DNA of 64,000 nucleotides from the NCBI GenBank assembly GCA_029265435.1, contig JAJUJH010000002.1, positions 5,361 through 69,360 on the forward strand. The letters are read 5' to 3'. Position numbers and translations under genes: made by a program. The DNA is from Clostridiales bacterium (GTDB lineage: Bacteria; Bacillota; Clostridia; Christensenellales; SZUA-584). A model generated the notes under the pieces. That model ran no database searches and was not told the origin of the DNA. It worked only from the letters and a program-made list of their open reading frames with translations. Shown piece after piece: positions 26,870-36,646 of this stretch. Numbering within the stretch: the stretch's first letter is position 1; each line of letters starts with the position of its first letter.

Positions 26870-27631
26870 TTATGCTGTGATGACAAGCGCTTCCTGAACG
26901 GCCCGGCGCAGTCTGAGAAACGACGCATCCTCCAGCATATCGCGCACACGCGGGCGCGGAAGCCGGATATCAAACACATGCGCCACCTTGGCGGGGCGTT
27001 CGCTTAAAACGATGATGCGGTCGGATAAAAATACCGCCTCCTCGATATCGTGCGTCACGAACACCACGGCTTTTTGGTGCGCGCTCCACACATCAAGCAG
27101 CCATTCGCGCATTTTAAAGCGCGTGAGCGCATCGAGCGCGGCAAACGGCTCGTCCATCAGATACACGCCGCCGTCGCAAAGAAACGTGCGCAGAAGCGCG
27201 GCGCGCTGGCGCATGCCCCCGCTCAGCTGCTTTGGATACATGCCCTCAAAGCCTTTCAGCCCGAACTCCTCGAAATAGGCGAGCGCCGTCCGTTCACGCT
27301 CCGTCTTGGATACGCCCTTCAGCTCAAGCGGAAGCGTCACGTTGTCCAGCACGCTGCGCCACGGCAGCAGCAGATCCTTCTGGTGCATCAGGCATACGGA
27401 CGGCGCGGCGTCCCTGATATCACGCCCCGCCGCATACACCTTGCCCGTATAGTCGTCGTCTAGCCCCGCGATGATCTTGAGCAGCGTGCTTTTTCCGCAG
27501 CCCGACGGGCCGAGTATCGACACAAACTCGTTTTCGCGCACGTCAAAACAGATATCCTCCAGCGCTTCCACATAGCTCTGCGTCTGCTCAAATATCTTGC
27601 CGACGTTTTCAAGCGAAATGACCGCGTTCAT
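26870..27631 (-). CDS. thiZ: ABC transporter ATP-binding protein, NitT/TauT family (ThiZ-like, thiamine-precursor uptake)
   Basis: Walker A GPSGCGKST, signature LSGGMRQR, Walker B YLMDEP. Last gene of a TPP-riboswitch operon. Confidence 0.8.
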   Translation of the reverse strand: MNAVISLENVGKIFEQTQSYVEALEDICFDVRENEFVSILGPSGCGKSTLLKIIAGLDDDYTGKVYAAGRDIRDAAPSVCLMHQKDLLLPWRSVLDNVTLPLELKGVSKTERERTALAYFEEFGLKGFEGMYPKQLSGGMRQRAALLRTFLCDGGVYLMDEPFAALDALTRFKMREWLLDVWSAHQKAVVFVTHDIEEAVFLSDRIIVLSERPAKVAHVFDIRLPRPRVRDMLEDASFLRLRRAVQEALVITA

Positions 27632-27639
27632 GCCGCCTC

Positions 27640-28671
27640 CTATTGCTGTACAAATTCGTTAGTAAACGCCTTTTCCGAATCCACTAGCGTTTCCAGGAAA
27701 CCCTGGTCAAACAGCCACTGCGTATAACGGTCCCATACTTCTTTTTTCTGCACACCGAAACCGGCCGCGTCGTCGATATATTTGGGAGAGATGAATTTCT
27801 GGCTTTCATGCACCAGATCCGCATTCAGCTCAGGCGCATATTTGAGAAGTATGTCGGCGCTCTCAGACGGATTTTCGGCCGCAAAGGTATAGCCCTTCAC
27901 CGCCGCGTCCATAAACCTGCGCACCACGTCCTTATGATTGGCGATCATGTCCTCGCTCGTGATGATGATCGGCGTATAATAGTCGAACACGGGGTCATCC
28001 GCAAACGGCACATATGTCAGGTCGATGCCCTGAAGCTTCGCGTTGATGCCTTCCCAGCCTTCGTATATCCACGCAAAATCGATGCTCTTCATATCAAAAG
28101 CGGTGATCGCGTCGGTATCTCCCATGCTCACGATGTTGACCTTCGATATGTCGCCGCCGTCATTCTCCATCATATACTTGATGGTCGCGGTCTCCATATC
28201 CATGCCCCAGCCGCCATACGTTTTGCCTTCAAAATCCTTCGGCCTCGATATGCCGCGGTCTGCGGGCGCGGCAAACGCCGACGTATTGTGCTGCAATATG
28301 GCTCCGATGGACACAACGGGAATGCCCTCGTCTCTCGCGAACGTGGTAGATTCCTGAAAATCGATGCCAAACTGTGCGCTTCCCGCCGCAACAAGCTGTA
28401 TCACGCCCGTTTCGGACGGCTGAATGATCTCCACATTAAGCCCGTTCTCCTTAAACCAGCCCTTGTCAAGCGCCGCATACAGCCCCGTATGGTTCGTGTT
28501 CGGCGTCCAGTCGAGCACCAGCGTGACCTTTTCAAGCGCCGCAGACGTCGCAGCGCTCCCGCTCTGCGCATCCTGCGGTGCCGTCGGCACGCCCGATTCC
28601 TGAGGCGCGGAGCATGCGCCCAGCGCCAAAACCATTGCAAGCGCCAGAATCAGCGCCATTCCCTTTCTCAT
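27640..28671 (-). CDS. thiY: NMT1/THI5-like substrate-binding lipoprotein (ThiY-like, HMP/FAMP binding)
   Basis: Lipobox LALGAC. NMT1/THI5-like body (LDWTPNTNHTGLYAA). Start set to ATG 28671 with a GGAGGG RBS. Confidence 0.8.
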   Translation of the reverse strand: MRKGMALILALAMVLALGACSAPQESGVPTAPQDAQSGSAATSAALEKVTLVLDWTPNTNHTGLYAALDKGWFKENGLNVEIIQPSETGVIQLVAAGSAQFGIDFQESTTFARDEGIPVVSIGAILQHNTSAFAAPADRGISRPKDFEGKTYGGWGMDMETATIKYMMENDGGDISKVNIVSMGDTDAITAFDMKSIDFAWIYEGWEGINAKLQGIDLTYVPFADDPVFDYYTPIIITSEDMIANHKDVVRRFMDAAVKGYTFAAENPSESADILLKYAPELNADLVHESQKFISPKYIDDAAGFGVQKKEVWDRYTQWLFDQGFLETLVDSEKAFTNEFVQQ

Positions 28672-28687
28672 TTCTGTCCCTCCTGAT

Positions 28688-29455
28688 TTATTGTTGGTTT
28701 TGATTCCATGGTATCGTTTTCTTTTCGGCAAAGCTCACCGCACGGAAAAGCGCGAAGCTCAGCAGCACGATCACAAATATGTTGGCGAACAGCGCCGCCG
28801 TTTCAAACGTGCTCATCGCACGCGAAAGATAAATGCCAAGTCCGCGCGTCGCACCCGTCCATTCCGAGATCACCGCGCCCATCACGCAGTATGCCGCCGA
28901 TATTTTAAGCCCCGCGAAGAATGACGGCATCGCGCCCGGCAAACGCACCGTCTTATATATCTGCCAGCGGCTCGCCTTCATCACGCGCATCAGGTCCACC
29001 AGATCGGCGTCGTACGATTCAAGCCCCTCCGTTAAGCTCACCGCGACGGGAAAAAACACCACGATCACCGCCATGATGATCTTTGGCACCATGCCAAACC
29101 CGAACCATATGGCAAGCAGCGGCGCAATCACGACCAGCGGCACCGTCTGCGATATGATCATGAACGGATACAGCGTGAGCTTGACCGGTTTCCACATGCT
29201 CATTATTACGGCTATGCCTGCCGCAAGCGCAACGCCGATCAAAAAACCCAGCATCGACTCATACGCCGTCTGCGCCGCATGATATGCGAGCAGACCGAAC
29301 TTGTTCACGAATTCCGAAATGATCGCGCTCGGCGCGGGAAGCCGGTATTCGGGCACGTGATTGAGCCAAACAATAAGCTCCCACAGCCCGGCAAACACGC
29401 ACAGCGCGGCCGCGGGGTAGATCTTAGCCGCGATATTTGCCGATTTTTTCTTCAA
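28688..29455 (-). CDS. thiX: ABC transporter permease, NitT/TauT family (ThiX-like)
   Basis: 6-TM BPD-type permease within the TPP-riboswitch operon. Confidence 0.8.
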   Translation of the reverse strand: MKKKSANIAAKIYPAAALCVFAGLWELIVWLNHVPEYRLPAPSAIISEFVNKFGLLAYHAAQTAYESMLGFLIGVALAAGIAVIMSMWKPVKLTLYPFMIISQTVPLVVIAPLLAIWFGFGMVPKIIMAVIVVFFPVAVSLTEGLESYDADLVDLMRVMKASRWQIYKTVRLPGAMPSFFAGLKISAAYCVMGAVISEWTGATRGLGIYLSRAMSTFETAALFANIFVIVLLSFALFRAVSFAEKKTIPWNQNQQ

Positions 29456-29711
29456 TCGTCGCGCCCTCCGGCTTATAGTCGATTTTGACGACGGACAGCA
29501 CGCGGCTTGCGCCGCGGTCTATGCACACCTGCTGCGCTTTCTCCACGATTTTCAACAGTACGGGCAGTTCGCCCTCCATCGTGGTCCCCATCGGCCCCAC
29601 CACGTATTTCACACCCGACTCCCTGATCAGCGATATCACGCTGTCCACCACGCCGTAAACGTCGTCCACACCGCCGGGAATCACCTGAAGCTCCACATTG
29701 ACAACAGGCAT
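29424..29711 (-). CDS. MTH1187/YkoF-like (UPF0045) thiamine-binding protein
   Basis: MPVVNVELQVIPGG...VKYVVGPMGTTMEGE is typical of the MTH1187 family. First gene after the TPP riboswitch. Confidence 0.75.
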   Translation of the reverse strand: MPVVNVELQVIPGGVDDVYGVVDSVISLIRESGVKYVVGPMGTTMEGELPVLLKIVEKAQQVCIDRGASRVLSVVKIDYKPEGATIEEKIGKYRG

Positions 29712-29758
29712 CTTTTTGACCTCCGCTTTTTTTATTTTATTATTCGGTTCCGCGCATT

Positions 29759-29786
29759 AAAAAAGCCGCTCCCATACGGAAACGGC
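29759..29786 (-). terminator. Expression-platform terminator of the TPP riboswitch
   Basis: GCCGUUUCC-guau-GGGAGCGGC, followed by U6 on the minus strand. Confidence 0.7.
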
Positions 29787-29814
29787 CGATAAAAAATCAA
29801 GAAACGGTTTTTTG

Positions 29815-29905
29815 TCATTCCCTACGCCGGCATTATCCGTATCAGGTTCTCATGGTCGAGACGCATCAGTCTCCTCTCAGCCGATTGCTCAGCTCCCATA
29901 TGCTC
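29815..29905 (-). promoter_or_regulatory. TPP (THI-box) riboswitch
   Basis: Minus strand reads GGGAGCUGAGCAAUCGGCUGAGAGGAGACUGAUGCGUCUCGACCAUGAGAACCUGAUACGGAUAAUGCCGGCGUAGGGA. It contains the CUGAGA, ACCUGAU and GGAUAAUGCC...GCG...AGGGA core. Confidence 0.9.
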
Positions 29906-29974
29906 CTATTCAGTTCGCTTTGCATTGTATACGAATACGGCGTGTATGTCAACGCATTTTTATGCCAATGACGC

Positions 29975-31330
29975 CTATTCCATGATCAGCGCAGGATCCT
30001 TCGCAGGGCGCTTATCAAGCTCGGCCTTCTTAGCCTCAAAGCCCGCTTTGCCCATCAAAGCAAACGTCGCCACCTTGCCTTCCTCCACACCCGGCTGATC
30101 GAAAGCGTTGATTTGCAGCATTTCTCCCGCATACGCCGTCGCCATCTCAAAGAAATACAGCAGTGCGCCCACCGTAAAGGCATTCACTTCGCTGAGCGAT
30201 ATGGTCAGGTTCGGGCGTCCCGCCTTGCACAGCGCATATTCCGTGGCGCTGCGCTCCGCCTCGAGCAGCTGGCCGAACGTTTTGCCGCCGAGAAACGCGA
30301 TTTCATCGATATACTCAAGAGCGGCGGGGATTTCTAAATCTTCCCTGAATTTTTCGACCTTGAGGAACGTCACAATCTTGTCGAAAGGTCCCTCCGTATA
30401 AAGCTGGATCTGCGAATGCTGATCCGTCACGCCAAGCGCCTTCACGGGCGTCTGCCCCGCAAACACCTCGCCGCCGTCCGCACCGTAACGCTTGCCGAGC
30501 GACTCGGCCCAGAGCTGTGCGTACCAGTCGCTCATGTATTTAAGGCTGTCCGCATAAGGCAGCATCACGCTGATGTTGAAGCCCTTCTTCATGCCGAGCA
30601 CGTGCAGCAGCGCAAAAAACGCCGCCGGATTGCCCGTTTCGCGCGAGCAGACCGCATCCATATGCTTCGCGCCTTCCAGCATCGCTTTGATGTCGTGGCC
30701 GCAAACCGCCGCAGGCAGCAGGCCGACGGGCGTCAGTTCCGAGAACCGTCCTCCCACGTCCGACGGAATCACGAACGATTTGAGCCCTTCCCGTTCGGCG
30801 ATCTTCACAAGCTCGCCGTTTTTTTCGTCCGTCGTCGCAATCACATGCTCCTTAAGAGAAAGCCCCGCCTTTTTAAGCGCGTCCGCCGCATACATCATCT
30901 GTGCCATCGTCTCGGACGTCCGTCCGGATTTCGTAATGACGTTAAACACCGTCTTTTTAAGGTCCAGGCTGCGGAATACGCGCGCAAGGCGTTCGGGGTC
31001 CACATTGTCTTCCACAATCAGCCTCATCCCGCCTTTTCCGTCGGCAAGCGCCTGCTCCACCGCGATGGGCCCAAGCGCCGAACCGCCGATGCCGAGCACC
31101 ACGAACGTATTAAAACCGCTTCTGATTTTCCTGGCAGTTTCGATGATGTCGTCCGTCACGTCCTGCCGGCCGAACGGCAGCTTGCGGAAACCAAGCGGCT
31201 TTGTTTGAAGCGCGGAAAGCGCCTTTGCCATCATGCCGTCCGCCGCGGCAATCTCTTCGGCGGTAAATCCGTGTGCGCCAACCATTGCCGCCGTCATGTT
31301 GTTGAAGTCAAACTGAATCCTGTCCATCAT
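29975..31330 (-). CDS. pgi: Glucose-6-phosphate isomerase
   Basis: PGI motifs (VVLGIGGSALGP, ITKSGRTSET, DVGGRFSELT). Start set to ATG 31330 or 31327 after AGGAG. Confidence 0.9.
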   Translation of the reverse strand: MMDRIQFDFNNMTAAMVGAHGFTAEEIAAADGMMAKALSALQTKPLGFRKLPFGRQDVTDDIIETARKIRSGFNTFVVLGIGGSALGPIAVEQALADGKGGMRLIVEDNVDPERLARVFRSLDLKKTVFNVITKSGRTSETMAQMMYAADALKKAGLSLKEHVIATTDEKNGELVKIAEREGLKSFVIPSDVGGRFSELTPVGLLPAAVCGHDIKAMLEGAKHMDAVCSRETGNPAAFFALLHVLGMKKGFNISVMLPYADSLKYMSDWYAQLWAESLGKRYGADGGEVFAGQTPVKALGVTDQHSQIQLYTEGPFDKIVTFLKVEKFREDLEIPAALEYIDEIAFLGGKTFGQLLEAERSATEYALCKAGRPNLTISLSEVNAFTVGALLYFFEMATAYAGEMLQINAFDQPGVEEGKVATFALMGKAGFEAKKAELDKRPAKDPALIME

Positions 31331-31452
31331 GCTACTCCTAAAAAAAATAATCATATATATTATGTCCGCGCCAAAGCCGCAGCGGCGTTTAATTTGCCCG
31401 CCATGCCATAATCGCGGCTTCAAGCGGCATATATATTGTCGAGGTGAACTGA

Positions 31453-31977
31453 ATGGAAAAACAAATCGACCGCCGCGGCCTTTTTATGGCGATCGGCGCA
31501 AGCGCACTGCTGCTGGTGGGCGCGCTTGCAATCGCCAGCGTCATATCTCCCGGCGCCGTTCAGGTATTCGGCTCCAAATCCGATACCGCATACCTGACCG
31601 TCAATGTGCTTGAAGGTTATACCGAAACGCCTGTGAAGGGTGCATCCGTCGTCGTCGCGGAAACGGGTAAAACATACCTGACGGACGCAAACGGCATGAC
31701 GGATAAAATCGACGTTCCCGTCATACGCGATACCCGCTTCGACGGAATCATGCAAAAGCCGTGGGGAGAGATCACGCTCATCGTATACAAAGAAGGCTAC
31801 ATCCCTTACGCGCTGTTCTATCTGCAGGTGCTCGGCGGACAGACGCGCGAGGGCGTGAAAATCCTGCTCTTTGAAGAAGGGCAGACGGAAAGCTCCGAGC
31901 CGTTCTCCATTGTTGAAGGGCCGAGCCGCGTTTGGGTGAATGCACTGATCGAGATGTATCGTCCCAAAAGCTCCTAA
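31453..31977 (+). CDS. Hypothetical membrane-anchored protein with a carboxypeptidase-regulatory-like beta domain
   Basis: N-terminal TM (LFMAIGASALLLVGALAIASV), then VNVLEGYTETPVKGASVVVAETGKTYLTDANGMT. Confidence 0.6.
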   Translation: MEKQIDRRGLFMAIGASALLLVGALAIASVISPGAVQVFGSKSDTAYLTVNVLEGYTETPVKGASVVVAETGKTYLTDANGMTDKIDVPVIRDTRFDGIMQKPWGEITLIVYKEGYIPYALFYLQVLGGQTREGVKILLFEEGQTESSEPFSIVEGPSRVWVNALIEMYRPKSS

Positions 31978-32252
31978 TGTCTGTTCGGCCCAAGGCTCTT
32001 GATGCGTCTGATGGGAATGTTCGCAGTCAGCCGCGTTGCGGCGCTGCCGCTCTGTATATCCGAAGAATGCTTGATTTCCACATCAAAGTCGTCTTCTTCC
32101 ACGTCAAAGTATTTGGAAATCACATTGACGATATCCTTGCGGAGCATTTCCATCACATTGCTGGACGGAGATGTGCCTGCGCGGTCGTGTATCAGCACAA
32201 GCTTTAAACGCTCCCTTGCTATGCTGCTGGAGCTGTCTCTTCTGCGCGCCAT
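31974..32252 (-). CDS. minE: Cell division topological specificity factor
   Basis: SSIARERLKLVLIHDR start. Lies directly downstream of minD. Confidence 0.85.
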   Translation of the reverse strand: MARRRDSSSSIARERLKLVLIHDRAGTSPSSNVMEMLRKDIVNVISKYFDVEEDDFDVEIKHSSDIQSGSAATRLTANIPIRRIKSLGPNRH

Positions 32253-32264
32253 TCTGTCTCCCTC

Positions 32265-33062
32265 CTATTTTGCTCTGAGCAGCTTTTTGAACACAGCCGC
32301 CAAGCCGCCACCTTCACCGTCCAAGTCCATCAGCGGCACGTTGCTGCCCATGATGCGTTTTGTGATGTTTCTGTACGCTTTTCCTGCCGGCGCTTTGTCG
32401 TTCATCACCACCGGCTCGCCCATGTTTGAAGACCGGATGATCTTTTCGTCCTCGGGAACCACGCCGATAAGCTCAATGCCCAGTATGTCGAGCGTATCGT
32501 CCAGCGCGAGCATGTCGCCTCTTTTCACCATATCGATGCGCATACGGTTTACGAGAAGGCGGCAGTCGTCGATGCCTGCCGCGGACAAAAGCCCGATGAT
32601 CCTGTCGGCATCGCGCACGGCGGATACTTCGGGCACCGTCACCACAATTGCCGATTTTGCCCCCGCAATGGCGTTTTTGAACCCCTGTTCGATTCCCGCC
32701 GGACAGTCGATCAATATGTAATCGAATTCCTGCTCCAGCTCCGCCACCACTTTTTTCATCTGATCCGGATTGACAGCCATTTTGTCGCGTGTCTGCGCCG
32801 CCGGCACAAGGAACAGCCCTTCGTAGCGCTTGTCCTTAATCAGCGCCTGCTTTAAACGGCAGGTTCCTTCCACCACATCCACAAGGTCATAAACGATCCT
32901 GTTTTCAAGCCCCAGAACAACGTCGAGATTGCGCAGCCCGATATCCGTATCGATGAGCGCCACTTTCTTGCCCGCCTGTGCCAGCCCCGCGCCCAAATTG
33001 GCCACTGTTGTCGTTTTGCCTACGCCGCCTTTCCCCGATGTCACCACAATGACATTGTTCAT
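32265..33062 (-). CDS. minD: Septum site-determining ATPase
   Basis: Deviant Walker A TSGKGGVGKTT. C-terminal amphipathic helix (GGLAAVFKKLLRAK). Confidence 0.92.
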   Translation of the reverse strand: MNNVIVVTSGKGGVGKTTTVANLGAGLAQAGKKVALIDTDIGLRNLDVVLGLENRIVYDLVDVVEGTCRLKQALIKDKRYEGLFLVPAAQTRDKMAVNPDQMKKVVAELEQEFDYILIDCPAGIEQGFKNAIAGAKSAIVVTVPEVSAVRDADRIIGLLSAAGIDDCRLLVNRMRIDMVKRGDMLALDDTLDILGIELIGVVPEDEKIIRSSNMGEPVVMNDKAPAGKAYRNITKRIMGSNVPLMDLDGEGGGLAAVFKKLLRAK

Positions 33063-33098
33063 TACAATACCCTCCAAATCATGTTATCTCGTGCTCCG

Positions 33099-33788
33099 TC
33101 AAAGCGCCCGGCTTTGCGGCTTGAGCGCTCTGATCACGATGCTTCCCTGCTTATATTCGGCGATTTTCGGCCCCTCTCCGCCCACGTCGGACGGGAAAAC
33201 GGCCACCTTGCCGCTGATGCGCAGCTGCTTTGGCGCAAGCAAATTTGCGGCCACCACCACGTCGGACCGTCCCGTCGCACCCGCGTGCGCAAGACCGCGC
33301 AGCGTGCCCATCACAGCGATGCTGCCCCCCGCGATCACCTCCGCACCGTCGTTGACATCTCCGAGAACCACGACGTCGCCCGCACATTCCACGCGCTGCC
33401 CGCTGCGAAGCGTATGCGACACAAACACGCTTTTCGCGTCAAAATAATCCTTCGATACCAGTGTGACGCGCCCCGATTCCCCGTTTGTTCCGGTCTCTGC
33501 CGGTTTTGACTTCTGCGGCTGCTTTTTTTGAGGCTCCGCCGCCGATTCGTCGCTGAAAACCACATTCGCAATGCCGTAACGGTCATGCAAAAGACGCCTG
33601 AATTCGGCTTTTTGAGATGCTGACAGCTCTTTTCCGCTGAATACGACCTTTGCTCCCGATCCGGAAAAAAAGCCTTTATGCTTATTAAGCTTGTCATCGA
33701 TGGCAAGCTTAATACTGTCGTATGACGAGGCCGGAGATGCCGTAATTTCCAGCACCCCGCCCGATTTCCCTTTAATCTTGATTCCCAT
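33099..33788 (-). CDS. minC: Septum formation inhibitor
   Basis: C-terminal beta-helix repeats (GDVNDGAEVIAGGSIAVMGTLRGLAHAG). minCDE operon context. Confidence 0.85.
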   Translation of the reverse strand: MGIKIKGKSGGVLEITASPASSYDSIKLAIDDKLNKHKGFFSGSGAKVVFSGKELSASQKAEFRRLLHDRYGIANVVFSDESAAEPQKKQPQKSKPAETGTNGESGRVTLVSKDYFDAKSVFVSHTLRSGQRVECAGDVVVLGDVNDGAEVIAGGSIAVMGTLRGLAHAGATGRSDVVVAANLLAPKQLRISGKVAVFPSDVGGEGPKIAEYKQGSIVIRALKPQSRAL

Positions 33789-33864
33789 AGCATCATCTCC
33801 AGAGTTATCGCATCAAGATTCTACGCAACAGTCCGTTTTTCCTGCCTGCCGATGGCATATTCGC

Positions 33865-36486
33865 TCATTGTGCGGCATTATCGGTTTTCTCGGGGGATTC
33901 GGTTGAGCTTGGGCTTTGATACACGAGCGAACCCGCGTCGGGTATCGTCTGCTGCGCCACAATCTCCTGCTGGTGAAAATAATACAGCAGTATGTCCTGC
34001 GCGATCCACGTGGAGTAACCGCCCTTCCAGCCGTTAGGCACATAGCAGACGATTGCGATTTCGGGGTCGTCGTAGGGCGCAAAGCAGACGAACCAGCTGT
34101 TGTTTTCAAGATCGCACTCGGAAACCTCGGCCGTACCCGTTTTGCCGCCGATTTTATCCAGATACTCGTCCGGAAAGTTTTTTTGCGTAAAATAGTCCGT
34201 CGCCGTTCCGTCTTCTCCGGCCACCACTTTTTTCATGCCTCGCTTAATGGCGTCAAGATACTCCGCGCTTGCGTCCAGCGTATCGAATACTTCCGGCTGC
34301 TTGTCGATAACGACCGTACCGTCCTGCGCCACCACCTTGTCTACAATATGCGTCTGATAAACGGTACCCCCGTTGACAAGCGCCGCGATGTACCGCGCCA
34401 CCGCAATCGGCGTCAGCTGCGTGATGGCCTGCCCCATGCCCGACGTGACGGTCATCGTTCTCGACCATTGAAGCTGCGAAAGTCCGTCCTGCGTGATCCT
34501 GCGCATCAGCGCGCCGGACTTTTTTGTCGGTATGCCTAGCTTGTCCGAAAGAATCTGCCGGACATGGTCGCCCATCGACACTCCGTTTTCATCCTTCAAT
34601 ACGTTGGCGTCCTGCGCGTCGGCCTTCCAGTTGATACCGAGCAGATAGACGATCTCCTTTGCCGCTTCTTCAACCAGCGTCTGATCGAATGTCGTATCGA
34701 TGCTTTTGGCGTATTCGTTGATCATATTCACAATGGAATACTGGCCCGTCTTCATCACCAGTATCGGCAGGAACGTGGACTGCTTGTCGATGGGCTTATT
34801 TGCGTCAAAAAGCAGCTTTTGGCTGCCAACCATGCCGATGGCCTCGTTGGGAAGCTCGATTCCCGTCGAGCTTGTGAGGCCGAACTTGTCGGACCATTTG
34901 TCAAGCAGGTCGATGCCGAGCCTGTCGGCAAGCTCGCAGAAATAATAGTTGCAGCTATGCTCAAGGCCTTCCACGATCGTCTGCTGGGAATGGGCCGTTG
35001 CACAGCCGCTTTTTTTCCAGCACCATGGGCCTTGCGGCTTCGCGCCGGCCGCCACGGCATCCTCGTTCACCACATACTGCCCTTCACCGTCAATCCTCTC
35101 CGTCAGCGTGGTTCCTTTGCTCGGGTCCTTTTCGCCTTCCATCAGCGCGGCCAAGCCTGTGACCATCTTGAAAATCGAACCCGGCGTAGACCGGCTGGAA
35201 ATGGCGTTGTTGAAAAGCGGTTTTGCGGGATCCTCGTTCAGCGCCTTATACGCTTCATCGGATATTCCTCCCACAAACTGGTTCAGGTCGAAACTCGGAT
35301 AGCTGCCCATCGCAAGCACTTCGCCCGTGTGGACGTTGAGCACAACGGCCGCGCCGGATACCGCAAGCTTGACCTTGTTGATATCCAGTCCTGTATAATC
35401 TCCCTTCCCGTCGCCGTTCTTATCGGGATTAAGGTTGAATTCCTGAACCTGAGCGTCGTGAATGGCGGGCACGTTTTTCGCGAGCGAATCCTCAACGACC
35501 TTCTGCATCGCGCTGTCCAGCGTCAGCATCACGTTGTAGCCTTGCGTCGGCTGGGTCGACGACAGCACATTCTGCACGACCGCCATGTTATCCACTTCCA
35601 CCGTTTCCTTGCCCTGCCGCAGCGCGCTGTTGCCCGTGAGCAGCGCCTCCATCGACTCCTCGATGCCTTCAACGCCCACCAGATCGTCCACTTCGTAGCC
35701 TTTGGCCTGATATTCCGCAAGAGTATCCGGATCGGATACTTTGCCGAGGTAGCCGATCTCGTGCGCCGCAAGCGAGCCGCGCGGATACACGCGCACCGTC
35801 GAATCTTCGATGCTCATGCCCGTAAGCTCCGCCTTGTGCGTCTCGATTTCGGCAACGGTCTGCATGTTGACATTGTAAGCGATGGTGACGGGCTTATACG
35901 CCACCCACGAATTAAGCTGTGATTCCTGCCAGACGGACAGCACCTTGACCGCCTCGTCATAACCCATCTCAGGCGGTATCTGATACTTTTCCCTCAGATA
36001 AAGATAGATTTGTTCGGGCGTCCTTTTATCGCCCACGTACATGTTTTTCCGCCAGTTGGTTTCGCGGCTCTGCTGGTTTTCGACGTTTTGAATGCCCCAG
36101 TCGAAGTAATACTCGTCCGTATTCTCATTGTGCTTGATCACGAACGAGTCGATCACTTTGCCTCCGTTCCGCTCGATGATATTGATGGTATCGATAATGA
36201 CAGACGTATAATAAGCCCTGTCCGTTTCGGTATTGCAGTTCGGATCGCGGTAAAACTGGACGTTATACGACTTTTCGTCATAGGCCAGCGGCAGGCCGTT
36301 TCTGTCGAGTATGCTGCCGCGTGCGCCGGATATCGCGATTTCACGCTTTTTGAGCGCGCCGGACATTGCGGCGTACTCCTTGCCGTTCACAAGCATCAGT
36401 TGAATAAGCTGCACAAAAAGCACCACAAAAAGCGCCAGCGCCAGCGCGGCAAATATCAAAAAGCGGTTGCGCAAATTGACCTTCAT
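33865..36486 (-). CDS. Class B penicillin-binding protein (PBP2/MrdA-type transpeptidase) with an extended pedestal
   Basis: N-terminal TM anchor. PBP dimerisation region. Transpeptidase motifs STPGSIFK, GGKTGTA. Start set to ATG 36486. Confidence 0.85.
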   Translation of the reverse strand: MKVNLRNRFLIFAALALALFVVLFVQLIQLMLVNGKEYAAMSGALKKREIAISGARGSILDRNGLPLAYDEKSYNVQFYRDPNCNTETDRAYYTSVIIDTINIIERNGGKVIDSFVIKHNENTDEYYFDWGIQNVENQQSRETNWRKNMYVGDKRTPEQIYLYLREKYQIPPEMGYDEAVKVLSVWQESQLNSWVAYKPVTIAYNVNMQTVAEIETHKAELTGMSIEDSTVRVYPRGSLAAHEIGYLGKVSDPDTLAEYQAKGYEVDDLVGVEGIEESMEALLTGNSALRQGKETVEVDNMAVVQNVLSSTQPTQGYNVMLTLDSAMQKVVEDSLAKNVPAIHDAQVQEFNLNPDKNGDGKGDYTGLDINKVKLAVSGAAVVLNVHTGEVLAMGSYPSFDLNQFVGGISDEAYKALNEDPAKPLFNNAISSRSTPGSIFKMVTGLAALMEGEKDPSKGTTLTERIDGEGQYVVNEDAVAAGAKPQGPWCWKKSGCATAHSQQTIVEGLEHSCNYYFCELADRLGIDLLDKWSDKFGLTSSTGIELPNEAIGMVGSQKLLFDANKPIDKQSTFLPILVMKTGQYSIVNMINEYAKSIDTTFDQTLVEEAAKEIVYLLGINWKADAQDANVLKDENGVSMGDHVRQILSDKLGIPTKKSGALMRRITQDGLSQLQWSRTMTVTSGMGQAITQLTPIAVARYIAALVNGGTVYQTHIVDKVVAQDGTVVIDKQPEVFDTLDASAEYLDAIKRGMKKVVAGEDGTATDYFTQKNFPDEYLDKIGGKTGTAEVSECDLENNSWFVCFAPYDDPEIAIVCYVPNGWKGGYSTWIAQDILLYYFHQQEIVAQQTIPDAGSLVYQSPSSTESPEKTDNAAQ

Positions 36487-36646
36487 ACATTCATCTCCTG
36501 CGGCGTTTTCCACTCCACCCCCGTCATTATAACACAAAAAGCATCCGTTTTGTCATAAATATGAGCGATAACAATATTGTAAACATCGTTAAACCATGAT
36601 AGAATCCGATAATTGCTTTGGCAATGATTTTATTTGGAGGTTGTTT

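Noticed and set aside
34564-35922. Long antisense or alternative-frame ORFs. Examples: 5936-6880, 9371-10540, 20171-21133, 30416-31411, 34564-35922, 39346-40332, 42699-43607, 43647-44630, 45817-46575, 52656-53534, 60641-61285, 47185-47874.
   Set aside because: Each sits opposite or out of frame to a gene with clear family motifs (znuA, MFS, PhoH2, pgi, PBP2, M14 peptidase, FAD oxidoreductases, obg, recR, FtsX permease, DUF421). All show R/H/A/P-rich composition without recognisable domains. They are shadow ORFs caused by GC bias.
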